NCBI RefSeq assembly: GCF_964213995.1 | Contig: NC_135830.1 | Coordinates: forward strand, 19,406,001 to 19,470,000 | DNA length: 64,000 nt | Reading direction: 5' to 3' | Source of the DNA: Mustelus asterias | Lineage: Eukaryota | Shown: piece after piece, positions 25,796-39,030 of the stretch | Numbering within the stretch: the stretch's first letter is position 1 | Layout of the letters: each line of letters opens with the position of its first letter | Program-made: the position numbers and the translations under genes | The notes under the pieces: model-generated | Told to the model about the DNA's origin: nothing | The model's database searches: none | The model's input: only the letters and a program-made list of their open reading frames with translations

Positions 25796-27462
25796 TCATG
25801 CCGGCATAACCTTTCGGAAGGAAATCTGCCTACATGTGACTCCAGAGCCATAGCAATGTGGTTGACTCTCAACTGCCCTCTGGCATCTAAGGATGGGCAA
25901 TAAATGCTGGCCAGCCAGCGACCCCCCAATGCCCCACAAATGAATGAAGAAAATCGGGCAAATTACCCCGAATCTATGTGGAGTTTGCACGTTATCCCTG
26001 TGTCTGCGTGGGTTTCCTCCGGGTGCTCCCGTTTCGTCCCACAATCCAAAGATGTGAGGGCTAGGTGGATTGGCCATGTTAAATTGCCCCTTAGTGTCAG
26101 GGGGACTAGCCAGCATTTACTGCCCATTCCTAGATGTCCGCGTGCAGTTGAGAGTCAACCACATTTCTGTGGCTCTCGAGTCATATATAGGCCAGACCAC
26201 GTAAGGACGGCACATTTCCTTCCCGAAGGGGCATGCCAACACTATCGTTAAGAAAGCCCACCAACGCCTCTACTTTCTCAGAAGACGAAGGAAATTTGGC
26301 ATGTCAGTTACGACTCTCGCCAACTTTTACAGATGCACCAGAGAAAGCATTGTTTCTGGTTGTATCAAAGCTTGGTATCGCTCCTGCTCTGTCCAAGACT
26401 GCAAGAAAGCACAAAGGGTCGTGAATGAAGCCCAGACCATCACGCAAACCAGCCTCCCATGTATTGACTCTGTCTAAACTTCCCGCTGCCTCGGAAAAGT
26501 AGGCAGCATAATCAAGGACCCGACGCATCCCGGACATTCTCTCTTCCACCTTCTTCCGTTGGGAAAAAGATACAAAAGTCTGAGGTCACGTACTAACAGA
26601 CTCTAGAACAGCTTCTTCCCTGCTGCCATCAGACTTTTGAATAGGCCTACCTCGCATTTAGTTGATCTTTCTCTATAGCCTAGCTATGACTATAACACTA
26701 CATTCGGAACTCTCTCCTTTCCTTCTCTATGAACGGTATTCTTCGTCTCTCCAACATGCAAGAAACAACACTTTTCACTGTATACTAATACATGTGACAA
26801 TAATAAATCAAATTAAATTTATTTATTAGTCACAAGAAAGGCTTACATTAACACTACAATTAAGTTACTGTGAAATTCCCCTCGTCGCCACACACCGGGG
26901 CATGTTTGGATACACTGAGGGAGAAGTTAGTATGTCCATTGCACCTAACCAGCGCGTCTTTCAGGCTGTGGGAGGAAACTGGAGGACACCCATGAAGGCA
27001 TGGGAGAACGTGCAAACCCCACACAGACCTTTCCCGGACCCAATCTGGGAATTGAACCAAGGTCCCTGGCGCTGTGAGGCAGCAGTGCTCATCACTGTGC
27101 CACCGTGAAACAGATAGAGTTTTCCGATGATTGGCAATAGATTCATTGTCATCCGTAGATTCTCAATTCCAGATCTCCTTTATTGAATTCAAGTTCCACC
27201 ATCTGCCGTGGCGGGATTCGAACCCGGGACCCCAGAACATTAGTTGAGTTTCTGGGTTAATAGTTTAGCGATACAACCACTCGGTCATCATTTGGAAAAG
27301 CTGGAATTGTAAATTAACGCAAACAAATGACAAATTGTGTGAATAATTAGTTATCTTTGTTGTTCGCAATTGATCATTGCTGCAACAGACATTGGCAGGA
27401 GTAGCTTCTGTCGGGCAAAGAGGGGAGAGATCCTTTCCGTGGAGTCAACTATTATCACTGCA

Positions 27463-27772
27463 TTCTCAGGGAGCAGCAATAAACTGCAGTGCCTCTCAGT
27501 TACAGCCCGGAGATCGGTAAAGATTCTTTTTTTCCGGTCAAGCTGTTGAGTTGTCGTTAAAAAAAAGGCTTTGGCCGAACCTGTTTCATCGCTGAATCAC
27601 TCGTCTTTTTGTCAGAATAAACTCTGGCTCTGTTTCGGGATGTTGCCGGTAGCAGTATAAATTATAGCTGGCGTTAGTTGCAGTAGCATAGATATAGTTG
27701 AAAGCCACCGCTTCTCCTTCTGTCTTAACTCCTGAGGACAGCAGCGAGCGACAGAACCTTCATGACTCAGAT
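27463..27772 (-). pseudogene. Decayed TCR V pseudogene, family E copy 2
   Basis: Acceptor ttatacag; GVKTEGEAVAFNYIY..YNLYCYRQHPETEPEFIL..SLPISGL*LRGTAVYCCSLR; heptamer relic TGCAGTG. Confidence 0.8.
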
Positions 27773-27849
27773 CTGTATAAGATGTTCCAACGTTGAAAGA
27801 TCCAACAGGCGGGAGTTTAAAATTTAGATTCAAAGCATGTTGGAAGTAC

Positions 27850-28640
27850 AAAGAACAAAGAACAATACAGCACAGGAACAGGCCTTTCGGCCCTCCAAGC
27901 CCGCGCCGCTCCCTGGTCCAAACTAGACCATTCTTTTGTATTCCTCCATTCCCACTCCCCCCCCCCCTCCCCGCTCACCTTGACCCCTCGTGAACGTCAC
28001 CACCGACCTGGGAAAAAGCTTCCCACCGTTCACCCTATCTGTGCCTTTCATAATTTTATACACCTCTATTAGGTCACCCCTCATCCTCCGTCTTTCCAGT
28101 GAGAACAACCCCAGTTTACCCAATCTCTCCTCATAACTAAGCCCCTCCATACCAGGCAACATCCTGGTAAACCTCCTCTGCACTCTCTCTAAAGCCTCCA
28201 CGTCCTTCTGGCAGTGTGGCGCCCAGAACTGGACGCAGTATTCCAAATGCGGCCGAATCAGCGTTCTATACAACTGCAACATCAGACCCCTTTTATACTC
28301 TATGCCCCTCTTATAAAGGCAAGCATGCCATATGCCTTATTCACTACCTTCTTCACCTGTGACGTCACCTTCAAGGATCTGTGAACTTGCGCACCCAGGT
28401 CCCTCTGCGCATTGCCGGTAGCAGTATAAATGGGTTCTGCCATTTATCGTTCAGCTCCCCCCTACGTTAGTTCTACCAAAATGCATCACTTCGCATTCAT
28501 CTGGATTGAACTCCATCTGCCATTTCTTTGCCCACATTTCCAGCCTATCTATATCCTTCTGCAAGTCCAGCCATTTTCGTGTCGTCCGCAAACTTACTGA
28601 TCACCCCAGTTACACCTTCTTCCAGATCGTTTATATCAGT
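27850..28640 (-). mobile_element. CR1-type LINE 3' fragment
   Basis: RPHLEYCVQFW ORF. Confidence 0.85.
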
Positions 28641-28744
28641 AAAAGGAAAGATAAAATGTTTTTAATCCGCTAATATCGTCCTTACCACCATTTTGCAAAC
28701 AATAATGAATTTTTGTTTCATATTCTTGTTTCAGACAGTACCCT

Positions 28745-29655
28745 ATCTACAAAGGGTCGTGAACAAAGCCGAATCCATCACTCAAATCAGCCTCCCATCC
28801 ATTGACTCTGTCTACACTTCCCGCTGCCTCGGCAAAGCGGCCAGCATAATTAAGGACCCCACGCACCTCGGACATTCTCTCTTCCACCTTCTTCATACAA
28901 CATAGAACATAGAACAGTACAGCACAGAACAGGCCCTTCGGCCCACGATGTTGTGCCGAGCTTTATCTGAAACCAAGATCAAGCTATCCCACTCCCTATC
29001 ATCCTGGTGTGCTCCATGTGCCTATCCAATAACCGCTTGAATGTTCCTATAGTGTCTGACTCCGCGATCACTGCAGGCAGTCCATTCCACACCCCAACCA
29101 CTCTCTGCGTAAAGAACCTACCTCTGATATCCTTCCTATATCTCCCACCATGAACCCTATAGTTATGCCCCCTTGTAATAACTCCATCCACCCGAGGAAA
29201 TAGTCTTTGAACGTTCACTCTATCTATCCCCTTCATCATTTTATAAACCTCTATTAAGTCGCCCCTCAGCCTCCTCCGCTCCAGAGAGAACAACCCTAGC
29301 TCCCTCAACCTTTCCTCATAAGACCTACTCTCCAAACCAGGCAGCATCCTGGTAAATCTCCTCTGCACTCTTACCAGCGCTTCCACATCCTTCTTATAGT
29401 CGGGAAAAAGATATAAAAGCCTGAGGGCACGTACCAACTGATTCAATAGCAGCTTCTTCCCTGCTGCCATCAGACGTTTGAACGAACTACTTCATATTAA
29501 GTTGATCTTTCTCTACACCCTAGCTATGACTGTAACATTGTATTCTGCACTCTTTCCTTTCCTTCTCTATGAACGGTATGCTTTGTCTGTTAGCGCGCAA
29601 GGAACGATACTTTTCACTGTATCCCAATATATGTGACAATAGTAAATCAAACCAA
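28745..29655 (+). mobile_element. Rex/Babar-type LINE 3' end with nested minus-strand CR1 (about 28900-29400)
   Basis: SFFPAAIRRLN relic and gtgacaatagtaaatcaa tail; CR1 ORF inside. Confidence 0.75.
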
Positions 29656-30244
29656 ATTTTTAAAATCTCCCTGACCGGCATCTACAGCAATATCAGATGC
29701 ATCATGGATTGAAAACATGTCCGACAATTTTACTCCAAATTGAATTGTTGGGACATACACCACGACACGGGTTTAAAGCATGAAAAATAATTATCAGACA
29801 ATATCGAGAAACCCATTTTACAGGAAGTGCTAAGCGGCGGAAATAAATTTCCGGATGGAACGGAAGAGGACAAGGCCGAATTATTGATACAAAATTGGCC
29901 GCATGACCTGCCTCATTCCCAATTATCACCTGAACTGGAATACACTAGGAGCGGTATAGTGTCAGAACTGTAAACGGGAAATTCTGAAGATACTCAGCTG
30001 GACTGACTTTCAAGTTGGAAATAGACTGAACATTTTAAAACATTGTTTTTATCCGAACTCGAGAAAAAAGTGACAGGCGTAATAAGTTTTTAGCATTTAC
30101 AGTGGCAGATAAAGTCGGGAAAGCAGAAAGAGCAAAAGAGCAGGTCGGCAGTGAGGACCGACAGTTAACAACTCAAAGGCCCCATTCGACCGCTCCTGGA
30201 GTGCCGGGAGCGGAGGTGGGGCACCGAGCCTCAGGACAGGTAGA

Positions 30245-30520
30245 CTGGGCAGCACGGTGGCGCAGTGTTTAGCACTACTGCCTCATGAGCGCCAGGGACC
30301 CGTTCGATTCCCAGCTTGGGTCACGGTCTGTGCGGAGTCTGCATGTTCTCCCCGTGTCTGCCTGGGTTTCCTCCGGGTGCTCCGGTTTCCTCCCACAGTC
30401 CAAAGATTGATAGGCCATGCTAAATTGCCCTGGGATGTGTAGGTGAGTGGGCCTGGGGTGGGATTGTTGTCGGTGCAGTCTTGAAGGGCCGAATGCCCTC
30501 TTCTGCACTGTAGGGTTTCT
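30245..30520 (+). mobile_element. HE1-type V-SINE
   Basis: tRNA head, central domain, LINE-like tail. Confidence 0.8.
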
Positions 30521-31521
30521 ATAGATCAGTAATTGAGTGGAATACAGGAACGGTTAAATGTCAAAGGGGATGATGGAGCGAGGGAAAAATGAGGTTGTGG
30601 GACAAGTTAGGAAACAATTAATAATCGGGCGGTCTACTCATGAAAAGGAGGTTCGTCATCAAAAGATGCCGAGGAAAATGCAAAGGAAAACCATTTAAAA
30701 ACTGTTGTAGAATTTAGGATCGGTAATTGTTGAAAGCAATCTTGAATCCCAAGGGTTAAATTGCTTGGGCGCTGTACCTTGCATTTCATGTCGCCGCCAC
30801 CAGAGGGGGCTGAGGGGGCTGTTTGCGTTCAACGTCGGGAGGAGTTCCAGATACACAACAATGTCCAGTAACTTTGTTAAAGAAAATGTCATCAAACCAG
30901 CAGATATGGAAACATCCTATTAACTTGACATTACTGTGATTTTTAAGATATTTAACTAAATTTATTGTTATGCGTTGCCAATGTTACAATTACTGTTACT
31001 GCAAACATTCGAATAAATGCAGGTCTGAGAGCATCTGTGGAGAGAGAAAGAGTGTTAATGTTTCGAGTCCGTACGACTTATAAACCTTATAAACCCATTG
31101 TATGTTTCTCCACTGAGTTTCAAATCGATTAGATCCTGGTTGAAGGCTAAATGTCTGCCCCATCGCCCAACTCAGTTCCTCATCGGACACCTTGACCACA
31201 CTCTGCCAGGGTTGGGTTTCAGTCCAGGTCTAAGATTCTGAAAGGTCAAAAGTCTGACTCCAACGTCATTAGTTTCTGCCAGTTCTCAGAGACCAAAAAT
31301 GTTTTGATTCATCAGATCATCAGGTGAACACCAGAGGGCGTGTGTGAGCCGAGACCCTCAGCACTTCAATGCTCTCCGACCCTTCTTGCATATATAAGAG
31401 AAACGTACGTTCATAGCAGGCAGAGGATAATACCATCAATTGCACACCAGAATCATCCCAAAGGGAATCAATTGTCCTGCAATATTTCTGATCCACTGAA
31501 CGCAATAAACAGGAAAACGCA

Positions 31522-31924
31522 ATGAATGAAATAATAACTTTCAATTTATTGATTTTAGGTGAGTATTTTGTGCAGGCAATCGGAGTTCCACCTGTTTGCT
31601 TTGTGTTTCTCATTTTTTTGTTCTCCCTTTTCTCAACAGTTATCGGCGGAGAGGCAGCGATCCACCAACCACAGCTGATACATGCACAAGAGGGACAATC
31701 GATTGAAATCCGGTGCAATGCAAGTACCAGCGGCACGGACAGTATCCATTGGTACAGACAACTAAGGAATCGAGGTCCGAACTTCATCCTATCGGCTTAC
31801 AGCGGCAACATCACAGACGGGCGGTTCACGCTCTTTATTGGCCCAACAAGAAGTTATAACATACTCGGCATTGACAGCACGGCAATGTCAGACGCTGGAG
31901 CGTATTACTGTGGAGTCAGTGAGG
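31522..31924 (+). CDS. TCR alpha/delta-type V segment, family B, apparently functional. Leader 31522-31558, V exon 31640-31924
   Basis: Leader, splice sites and frame intact. Ends YYCGVSE because of a 4-nt insertion after the second Cys. Confidence 0.85.
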
Positions 31925-31963
31925 CACTGTGAGACAAAGCCTGAACGCCCCAATACAATATCT
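31925..31963 (+). other. 23-RSS
   Basis: CACTGTG + 23 nt + ACAATATCT. Confidence 0.9.
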
Positions 31964-32569
31964 ACTGCAGCTTCCGATCAGACAATCTCTACACATCTAC
32001 CTCTCTCTCCCAAATGCTGCGACTCAAATAAGGGGCATGGGTCCACAGGCTTCGCCCATTCTCTCAGGGAGAGGTTTCTCAGACTGCCCTGAATTGTTGA
32101 CGTCTTGAAGGGATGGAGTGCAGATCTTGTCGTTCCAGAACGAAAGGATTATTCGAGCTGTGCTGAATGTGTTCACTCAGTGAGGTACAGTGAAACATGT
32201 CCCACTCTTACGGTAGGAAATGATTTTACTGGATTCAAGCACCTAGGGCCAGGAAAGCCCATTTTCAGAGGCACTAACCCAAAGGGATTCTGTATTCCTC
32301 ACCTCCCCTCACAGGGAGAAGAACCTACTGGCTTTTATACAACTAACGTTCTGATGTGAGCTGCCGGTGAAGGGAGCAGAGAATCAACAAACTTGCATCG
32401 CAGGTGACGAATGTTCATTTATAACCAATCCAAAAGCAACAAACCCACGTGACAGACTTTGATTGGATGGTTCTGTCTCCAATTATGCGAAGATTCGGTG
32501 TGTTCACTCAGTATGTGCTCTTCCGGTGATCTGTGTGCACCGTTTTCCTTTCGACATGTGAATTGGAAG

Positions 32570-32987
32570 ATGTATCATCGGCAAGAAGTGAAACTATCAT
32601 TCGTCATTCTGGCGCTGCTAGCATGTAGGTACAGGAGTTGTATTCAATAACTCGCAGTGTTTATTCTTTGCTCCTGTGTTTCAGTCTTTGAACGGTCTAA
32701 CAGCTCGATGTCTCTCGGGTGGAGTGTTCCAGTCTGCAGCTTCTAGAACAGTCCCGAGCGGGGATTCGGTGCGGATAAACTGCAGCTATCCAGCATTTAC
32801 ACCCCCGCATTGGTACAGACATAACTCCGGTCAGCGACTGGAGTGGATAATAAAGCGAGTTCCAACAAGGCAAAGAGAGAAAGGACGGAATTGTATGGGA
32901 ACTTTCCACTGCGGAAAAATGGGGCGAATTGGCTATTGAAAACACAGAGAGCGGGGATACCGCTGTGTATTACTGTGCGATAGAACC
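32570..32987 (+). pseudogene. TCR V pseudogene, family C
   Basis: Leader 32570-32624, exon from 32704. Indels of -7 and +1 in CDR1 compensate; a further +1 in CDR2 shifts the frame. RSS CACATTG-23-ACAAAAACC intact at 32988-33026. Confidence 0.9.
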
Positions 32988-33129
32988 CACATTGAGAGGA
33001 AATTCGGCAGTCATTGAACAAAAACCTCCCTCTTGCTTACAGTTCCGAACAGCTCCAGTAATCTTTCTCAAAAACACAGGGCAAGAAACATGGTTCAGAA
33101 TAAGAGCAGCGAACAAAGGCAATGAGCAG

Positions 33130-33228
33130 AGCTGCCGTGAGCAATGTTATAGATGCATTTCAAAGTCACAGCCTTCCGTCTTAACTCCTGAGGACAGCAG
33201 CTGCTGACAGGATCTCCATGACTAAGAT
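33130..33228 (-). pseudogene. FR1-only fragment of a family E-like V
   Basis: SHGDPV..QLLSSGVKTEG..VTLKCIY; homologous to the 5' end of family E. Confidence 0.6.
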
Positions 33229-33889
33229 CGGAAAAAGATGTTTCAATGGTGAAAGATCAAACAGGCGGGAGTTTAAAATTCAGATTCAAAACATGTTGGA
33301 AACTGTAGGATAGTCAAACGTATTTGACCCGCCACAGTCGACATTAGCACCATTTTACAGACAATAATAGATTGTTTAGTGCGATTAGGGAGCGAATGGA
33401 TTTTTACTCGGGAGGAAATACTGAGATATCATAGAGTCATCAGGAATAGCACGAGATAGTCCCATATGTCGCTCCCATTTTAAAGTAAAGTTTAAAGTCT
33501 ATTTATTAGTCACAAGTAAGGCTTACATTAACACTGCAATGAAGTTACTGTGAAATTCCCTTGTCGCCACAGTCCGACACCTGTTCGGGCCAATGCACCC
33601 AACCCAACCTAACCCACCTAACATTGTCTGTAACTGCAAACCATCAACTGCTCTGCCACAGCAAATACACATCACCACTGACAGCACTGCTGACCCAACT
33701 GATGGCAACCAGGAAATGACGATAGCAAACATTCCACTCGCAGAGATCAGGGCACGCGGGTCAAAGGGTAACTGTATGAGGCCCTACAACAGGCTTGTCT
33801 TATGTGGTGTCTGACTGAGATACATTATCACATTTTTCTCACTTTCATGCAGCCTGACTTGTAACACGGGAAATATGACATAATAAATT

Positions 33890-34270
33890 AAGATAAACAG
33901 ATGGAAAGAGAGGGAATGAATCAAAGGCAGAGACCGTGGTGGATATAGAGGCATTGATAGGGAGAGACAGATTGAGATTCGGAGAGATAGACAAGAGGAA
34001 AGTGAAATGAGGGAGAAAGCGGGAGTTAAATAGTGGGACAAGCAGGGAGAAGAAAGAGGGAGAGACGGAGGTTGGAATGGAATTAGATGAAGAGGCGGTG
34101 AAGAAAGAATGAGGGGAAAAGACGCGGATAATTGGGGACAATACAGATGGAAGAGCGAAGAGAGGCAAGCGTTACAGAACACGAGAAACAGAGATATAGT
34201 CAGTGAGGGAAACAAAGAAACGCAGGGAGATACGCAATATCCAAAATGGAATGCGGAATCCAGGAAGGAG
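33890..34270. repeat. Purine-rich low-complexity tract
   Basis: A/G-rich on the plus strand. Confidence 0.6.
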
Positions 34271-34420
34271 AAATAGAAATAACATAATATAACGTAGCAC
34301 GTGATAAGAAAGGGTGATTTCCCAGAGCCGCTTGTCCCTCTGGGATACGAGACCAGCAGCAGAACCACAATGCTATTGTTCCCGTACTCGCTGCAGCAAA
34401 CATACAAACATAGTGAGGCA

Positions 34421-34434
34421 GTGCCCTCTGGTGG
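34421..34434 (-). promoter_or_regulatory. CTCF-like motif
   Basis: Reverse complement CCACCAGAGGGCAC; weaker paralogs at about 2540, 50968 and 208 (plus). Confidence 0.6.
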
Positions 34435-34636
34435 TGATCAGAGGAAAATGGCCATTTCCTGGAAAATCACCGAAGTCTCAAGTTCCTGAAGATTGCTTTG
34501 ACATGATTCTTTCGCATTATTCGTGACCATATTGTTATTGCTGTAACGCAGTGAACGTATGCATGAGAGTTAATTCCACTTTTATTTCAAACCCTGACGA
34601 TCTTCTTTGTTTAGTGTAATATCCTAGCCATCCTGG

Positions 34637-36075
34637 TGAAAGTCTGTGGAAAAGGCGGTAGACAAAAGGCGGGTAACTGTAGGCTGGTTAGTTTAACTTC
34701 TGTAGTAGGGACGATGCTTGAATCTAGTATCAAGGAAGAAATAGCGAGGCATCTGGATATAAATTGTCCCATTGGTAAGACGCAGCATGGGTTCATGAAG
34801 GGCAGGTCATGTTTGACTAATTTGGTGGAATTCTTTGAGAACATTACATGCGCAGTGGACAATGGGGAACCTGTGGATGTGGTGTATCGGGATTTCCTGA
34901 AAGCGTTTGACAAGGTGCCGCACCAAAGGCTGCTGCACAAGATAAAGGTGCACGGTGTTACCGGTAATGTATTAGCATGGATAGAGGATTGGTTAACTAA
35001 TAGAAAGCAAAGAGTGGAGGGTAAATGGGTGTTTTTCTGGTTGGCGATCAGTGACTAGTGGTGTGCCTCAGGGTTCAGTGTTGGCACCACAGTTGTTTAC
35101 GATTTACATGGATGATTTGGAGTTGGGGACCAAGTGTATTGTGTCAAAATTCGCAGATGACACTAAGATGAGTGGGAGAGCAAAGTGTGCAGAGGACGCT
35201 GAAAGTCTGCAAAGGGATATAGATAGTCTAAGTGAGTGGGCGAGGGTCTGGCAGATGGAGTACAATGTTGGTAAATGTGAGGTCATCCATTTTAGTAGGA
35301 ATAACAGCAAAATTGACTATTATTTAAATGTAAAAGATTGCAGGCTGCTGCTGTGCAGAGGGACCTGGGTGTCCTTGTGCAGGAATCTCAAGGAATTGGT
35401 TTGCAGGTGCAGCAGGTAATTAAGAAGGTAAATGGAATTTTGTCCTTCATTGCTAGAGGGACGGAGTTTAAAAACAGAGAAGTTATGTTGCAGATGTATA
35501 AGGTGCTGGTGAGGCCACACCTGGAGTACTGTGTACAGTTCTGATCTCCTTACTTGAGAAAGGATATACTGGCACTGGAGGGGGTGCAGAGGAGATTCAC
35601 TAGATTGATTCCAGAGTTGAGAGGGTTGGCTTATGAGGAGAGACTGAGTAGACTGGGGCTATACTCATTGGAATTCAGAAGAATGAGGGGAGATCTTATA
35701 GAAACATATAAGATTATGAAGGTAATAGATAAGATAGAAGCAGGGAAGTTGTTTCCAATGACGGGTGAAATTGGAACTAGGGGGCAAGGCCTCAAAATAA
35801 GGAGGAGCATATTTAGGACTGAGTTGAGGAGGAACTTCTTCACACAAAGGGTTGTAAATCTGTGGAATTCCCTGCCCAGTGAAGCAGTTGAGGCTACCTC
35901 ATTGAATGTTTTTAAGGCAAGGATAGATAAATTTTGAACAGTAAAGGAATTAAGAGTTATGGTGAGCGGGCGGGTAAGTGGAGCTGAACCCACAGAAAGA
36001 TCAGCCATGATCTTATCGAATGGCGGAGCAGACTCGAGGGTTCAGATGGCCTACTCCTGCTCCTCGTTCTTATGT
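34637..36075 (+). mobile_element. CR1-type LINE 3' half, frameshifted
   Basis: RT motifs spread over ORFs 34636, 35051, 35338 and 35554; 3' tail. Confidence 0.9.
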
Positions 36076-36494
36076 CCTTAAGGAAACCGGAGCACCCAGA
36101 GGAAACCCAAGCAGACACGGTGAGAACGTGCAAACTCCACACAGACAGTGACCCGAGGTAGGAATTGAATCCGGGTCCCTGACGCTTTAAAGTAAGGAGA
36201 CCTGGAGAAATTAGATTTTCGACACTCTGAACCTTCGGGAAAACGGGAGAAACGAGTAATCCAACCTCATCAGTTGCAGATCTATAAGTCAATTAAGCGA
36301 CGTCCATATATTTCTACACAGCAATATGTTCTCTGTTAGTTACTCTGGAATGCCAGCAAACAAGGAAAAATAATGTTGGAATTAATATTAAGCAGTAAAC
36401 GTGACAAAATCAAAACAATGAGAAAGGCTTAAGAAGCAGGAATAATAAAATCAAAGCAATAAGCTCCTTTGTTAACTGGCATTACAATCCTTTA

Positions 36495-37880
36495 GCAAAG
36501 AAAAGTACAGCACAGGAACAGGCCCTTCGGCCCTCTAAGCCTGTGCCAATCATGATACCCTGACTAAACTAAAAACAAACCCTTCTGTCCTGATTCGGTC
36601 CGTATCCTTCTATTCCCTTCCTATTCATGTACCCTTCCAGATACTTCTTAAATGTTGCTCATGTGCCTGCTTCCATCACCTCCTCTGGCAGCGCGTTCCA
36701 TGAACCCGCCACTCTCTGCGTGAAAAACCTCCCCCACACATCTCCCTTAATCTTTCCCCCTCCCACCTTGAACCTGTGCACCCCCCACCCACCCCCGCCC
36801 GCCTTGTAATTGACACTTCCACCCTTGGAAAAAAGCCTCTGACTATCCACCCTATATTTTCCTCTCATAGTTTTGTAGACCTCTATCAGGTCTCCCTTCA
36901 GTCTCCGTCTTTCCAGTGAAAACAATCCTGGTTTATTCAACCTCTCCTCATAGTCAACGCCCTCAAGACCAGACAACATCCTGGTGAACTTTCTTTGCAC
37001 TCTCTCCAAAGCTTCCACGTCCTTCTGATAATGTGGTGATCAAAACTGCACACAAATGCTGCCTACGCAAGCTTTCATATAGCTGCAACATGATTTTCCA
37101 ACTCCTGTACTCAATGTCCCGGCTGATGAAGGCAAGCATGCTATATGCCTTCTTAATCGTCTTAGTCACCTGTATTGCCATTTTTAAGGAATGTCGACCT
37201 GCAGGCCCAGATTCCTCTGTATGTTAATGTTACTAAGGGTTCTTCCACTTACAGTATAATTCATACCTAAATGTGACGCTCCAAAATGCATCACCTCGCA
37301 TTTGTCCGAGTTAAACTCCATCTGCTATTTCTGTGCCCAAGTCTTCGATCTAACTATATCCTGCTGCATGCTCTGACAATCCTCGGCACTATCAGCAACT
37401 CCACCAATCTTTGTGTGGTCTACAAACTTACTAATCAGACCACCCACATTTTCCTCCAGTTCATTTATGTACTCTACAAATAACAGAAGTCCCAGCACTG
37501 ATCTCTGCGGAACACCACTAGCTACACATCTCCATTCTGAAAAACACCCTTGCAGCGCTACTCTCTGCCTTGTATAATCAAGCCAGTTCTGCATTCATCG
37601 AGCAAGCCCTCCACGAATCCCATTTGATTTTAGTTTTTGTACCAGTCTCCCATTTGGTTCTTTGTCAAACGCCTTACCTTGGTCAATATCCACAATCCTT
37701 CCACCATCGATTTTCTTTGTCACCTCTTCACAAAGCGCGTCAAGTTGGTGAGAGAAAACCATACTGCCTCTCACTAACAGGTCCATTTTCCTCCAAATAT
37801 GCATATATCCCGTCCCTCAGTATCTTCTCCAAATGCTTCCCCACCACTGATGTCAGGCTCACCGACCTATAATTTGCTAG
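36495..37880 (-). mobile_element. CR1-type LINE fragment
   Basis: RT and C-terminal relics. Confidence 0.85.
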
Positions 37881-38243
37881 GTTACTCCTATTTCTTTCAT
37901 GATGCAATATTCGAGAATAAATGTGTTTACAGAGAATATTCCACTAGGTGGCTCTGCAAGACCTTATGTTTGACCAAAGCTGCATAACACCACAGTTCAC
38001 CGCTGTGACAGCTGTAAATTACAGGATTTAATTTTGCAATGTGACATTTCACTGTGAACAATGGTATATATCGGACAAGCACCTGCATATAAATTTCTGG
38101 TTTGTATGTTTCTAAAATGTTGTCTAATTTCAAGACGAGGTTAGATATATTTCTTGGGGCTGAAAGGTTCACGGATATTGGGGAAAGGGTTTCAGAATAT
38201 TGAATTTGTTGATCAGCCATGATCAGAATGAATCGGTACGGTA

Positions 38244-38585
38244 CGGCACGGTAGCACAGTGGTTAGCACTGCTGCTTCACAGCTCCAGGGACCTGGGTTC
38301 GATTCCCGGCTTGGGTCACTGTCTGTGTGGAGTTTGCACATTCTCCTCGTGTCTGCGTGGGTTTCCTCCGGGTGCTCCGTTTCCTCCCACAGTCCAAAGA
38401 TGTGCGGGGTAGGTTGATTGGCCGTGCTAAAATTGCCCCTTAGTGTCTTGAGATGGGTAGGTTAGAGGGATTAGCGGGTAAATATGTAGGGATATGGGGG
38501 TAGGGCCTGGGTGAGATTGTGGTCGGTGTAGACTCGATGGGCCGAATGGCCTCTTTCTACACTCGGGTTTCTATGATTTCTATGA
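38244..38585 (+). mobile_element. HE1-type V-SINE
   Basis: GGCACGGTAGCACAGTGGTTAGCAC...(tttctatga)n. Confidence 0.85.
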
Positions 38586-38790
38586 ATGACGGAGCAGGCT
38601 CGAAGGGCTGAATGGCCTACTCCTGTTTCTGCTTTCTATGTTTCTAAGTTGCCAAAGTTATGGCACAGGAAACGTAGAGAATGAACTGTAAAAACTATAA
38701 TATTAATGGTCCGATATCACAGGTTGATCCAAAGAAAATATTCACCCAATGTTTCTAATTAATAGCGTTGATAAGAAAGCAGAGAGGGAA

Positions 38791-39030
38791 TGTGTGTGTG
38801 TGTGTGNNNNNNNNNNNNNNNNNNNNNNNNNNNNNNNNNNNNNNNNNNNNNNNNNNNNNNNNNNNNNNNNNNNNNNNNNNNNNNNNNNNNNNNNNNNNNN
38901 NNNNNNNNNNNNNNNNNNNNNNNNNNNNNNNNNNNNNNNNNNNNNNNNNNNNNNNNNNNNNNNNNNNNNNNNNNNNNNGTGTGTGTGAGTGTCTGTGTAT
39001 GTGTGTGTGAGAGAGAGGGAGAGAGAGAGG
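38791..39030. repeat. (TG)n/(GA)n microsatellite spanning an assembly gap (N 38807-38978)
   Basis: Seen directly; the paralog at about 19940 has only a short tract. Confidence 0.9.

Noticed and set aside
33784-34407. 207-aa hydrophobic ORF
   Set aside because: Artefact of a pyrimidine-rich low-complexity strand.
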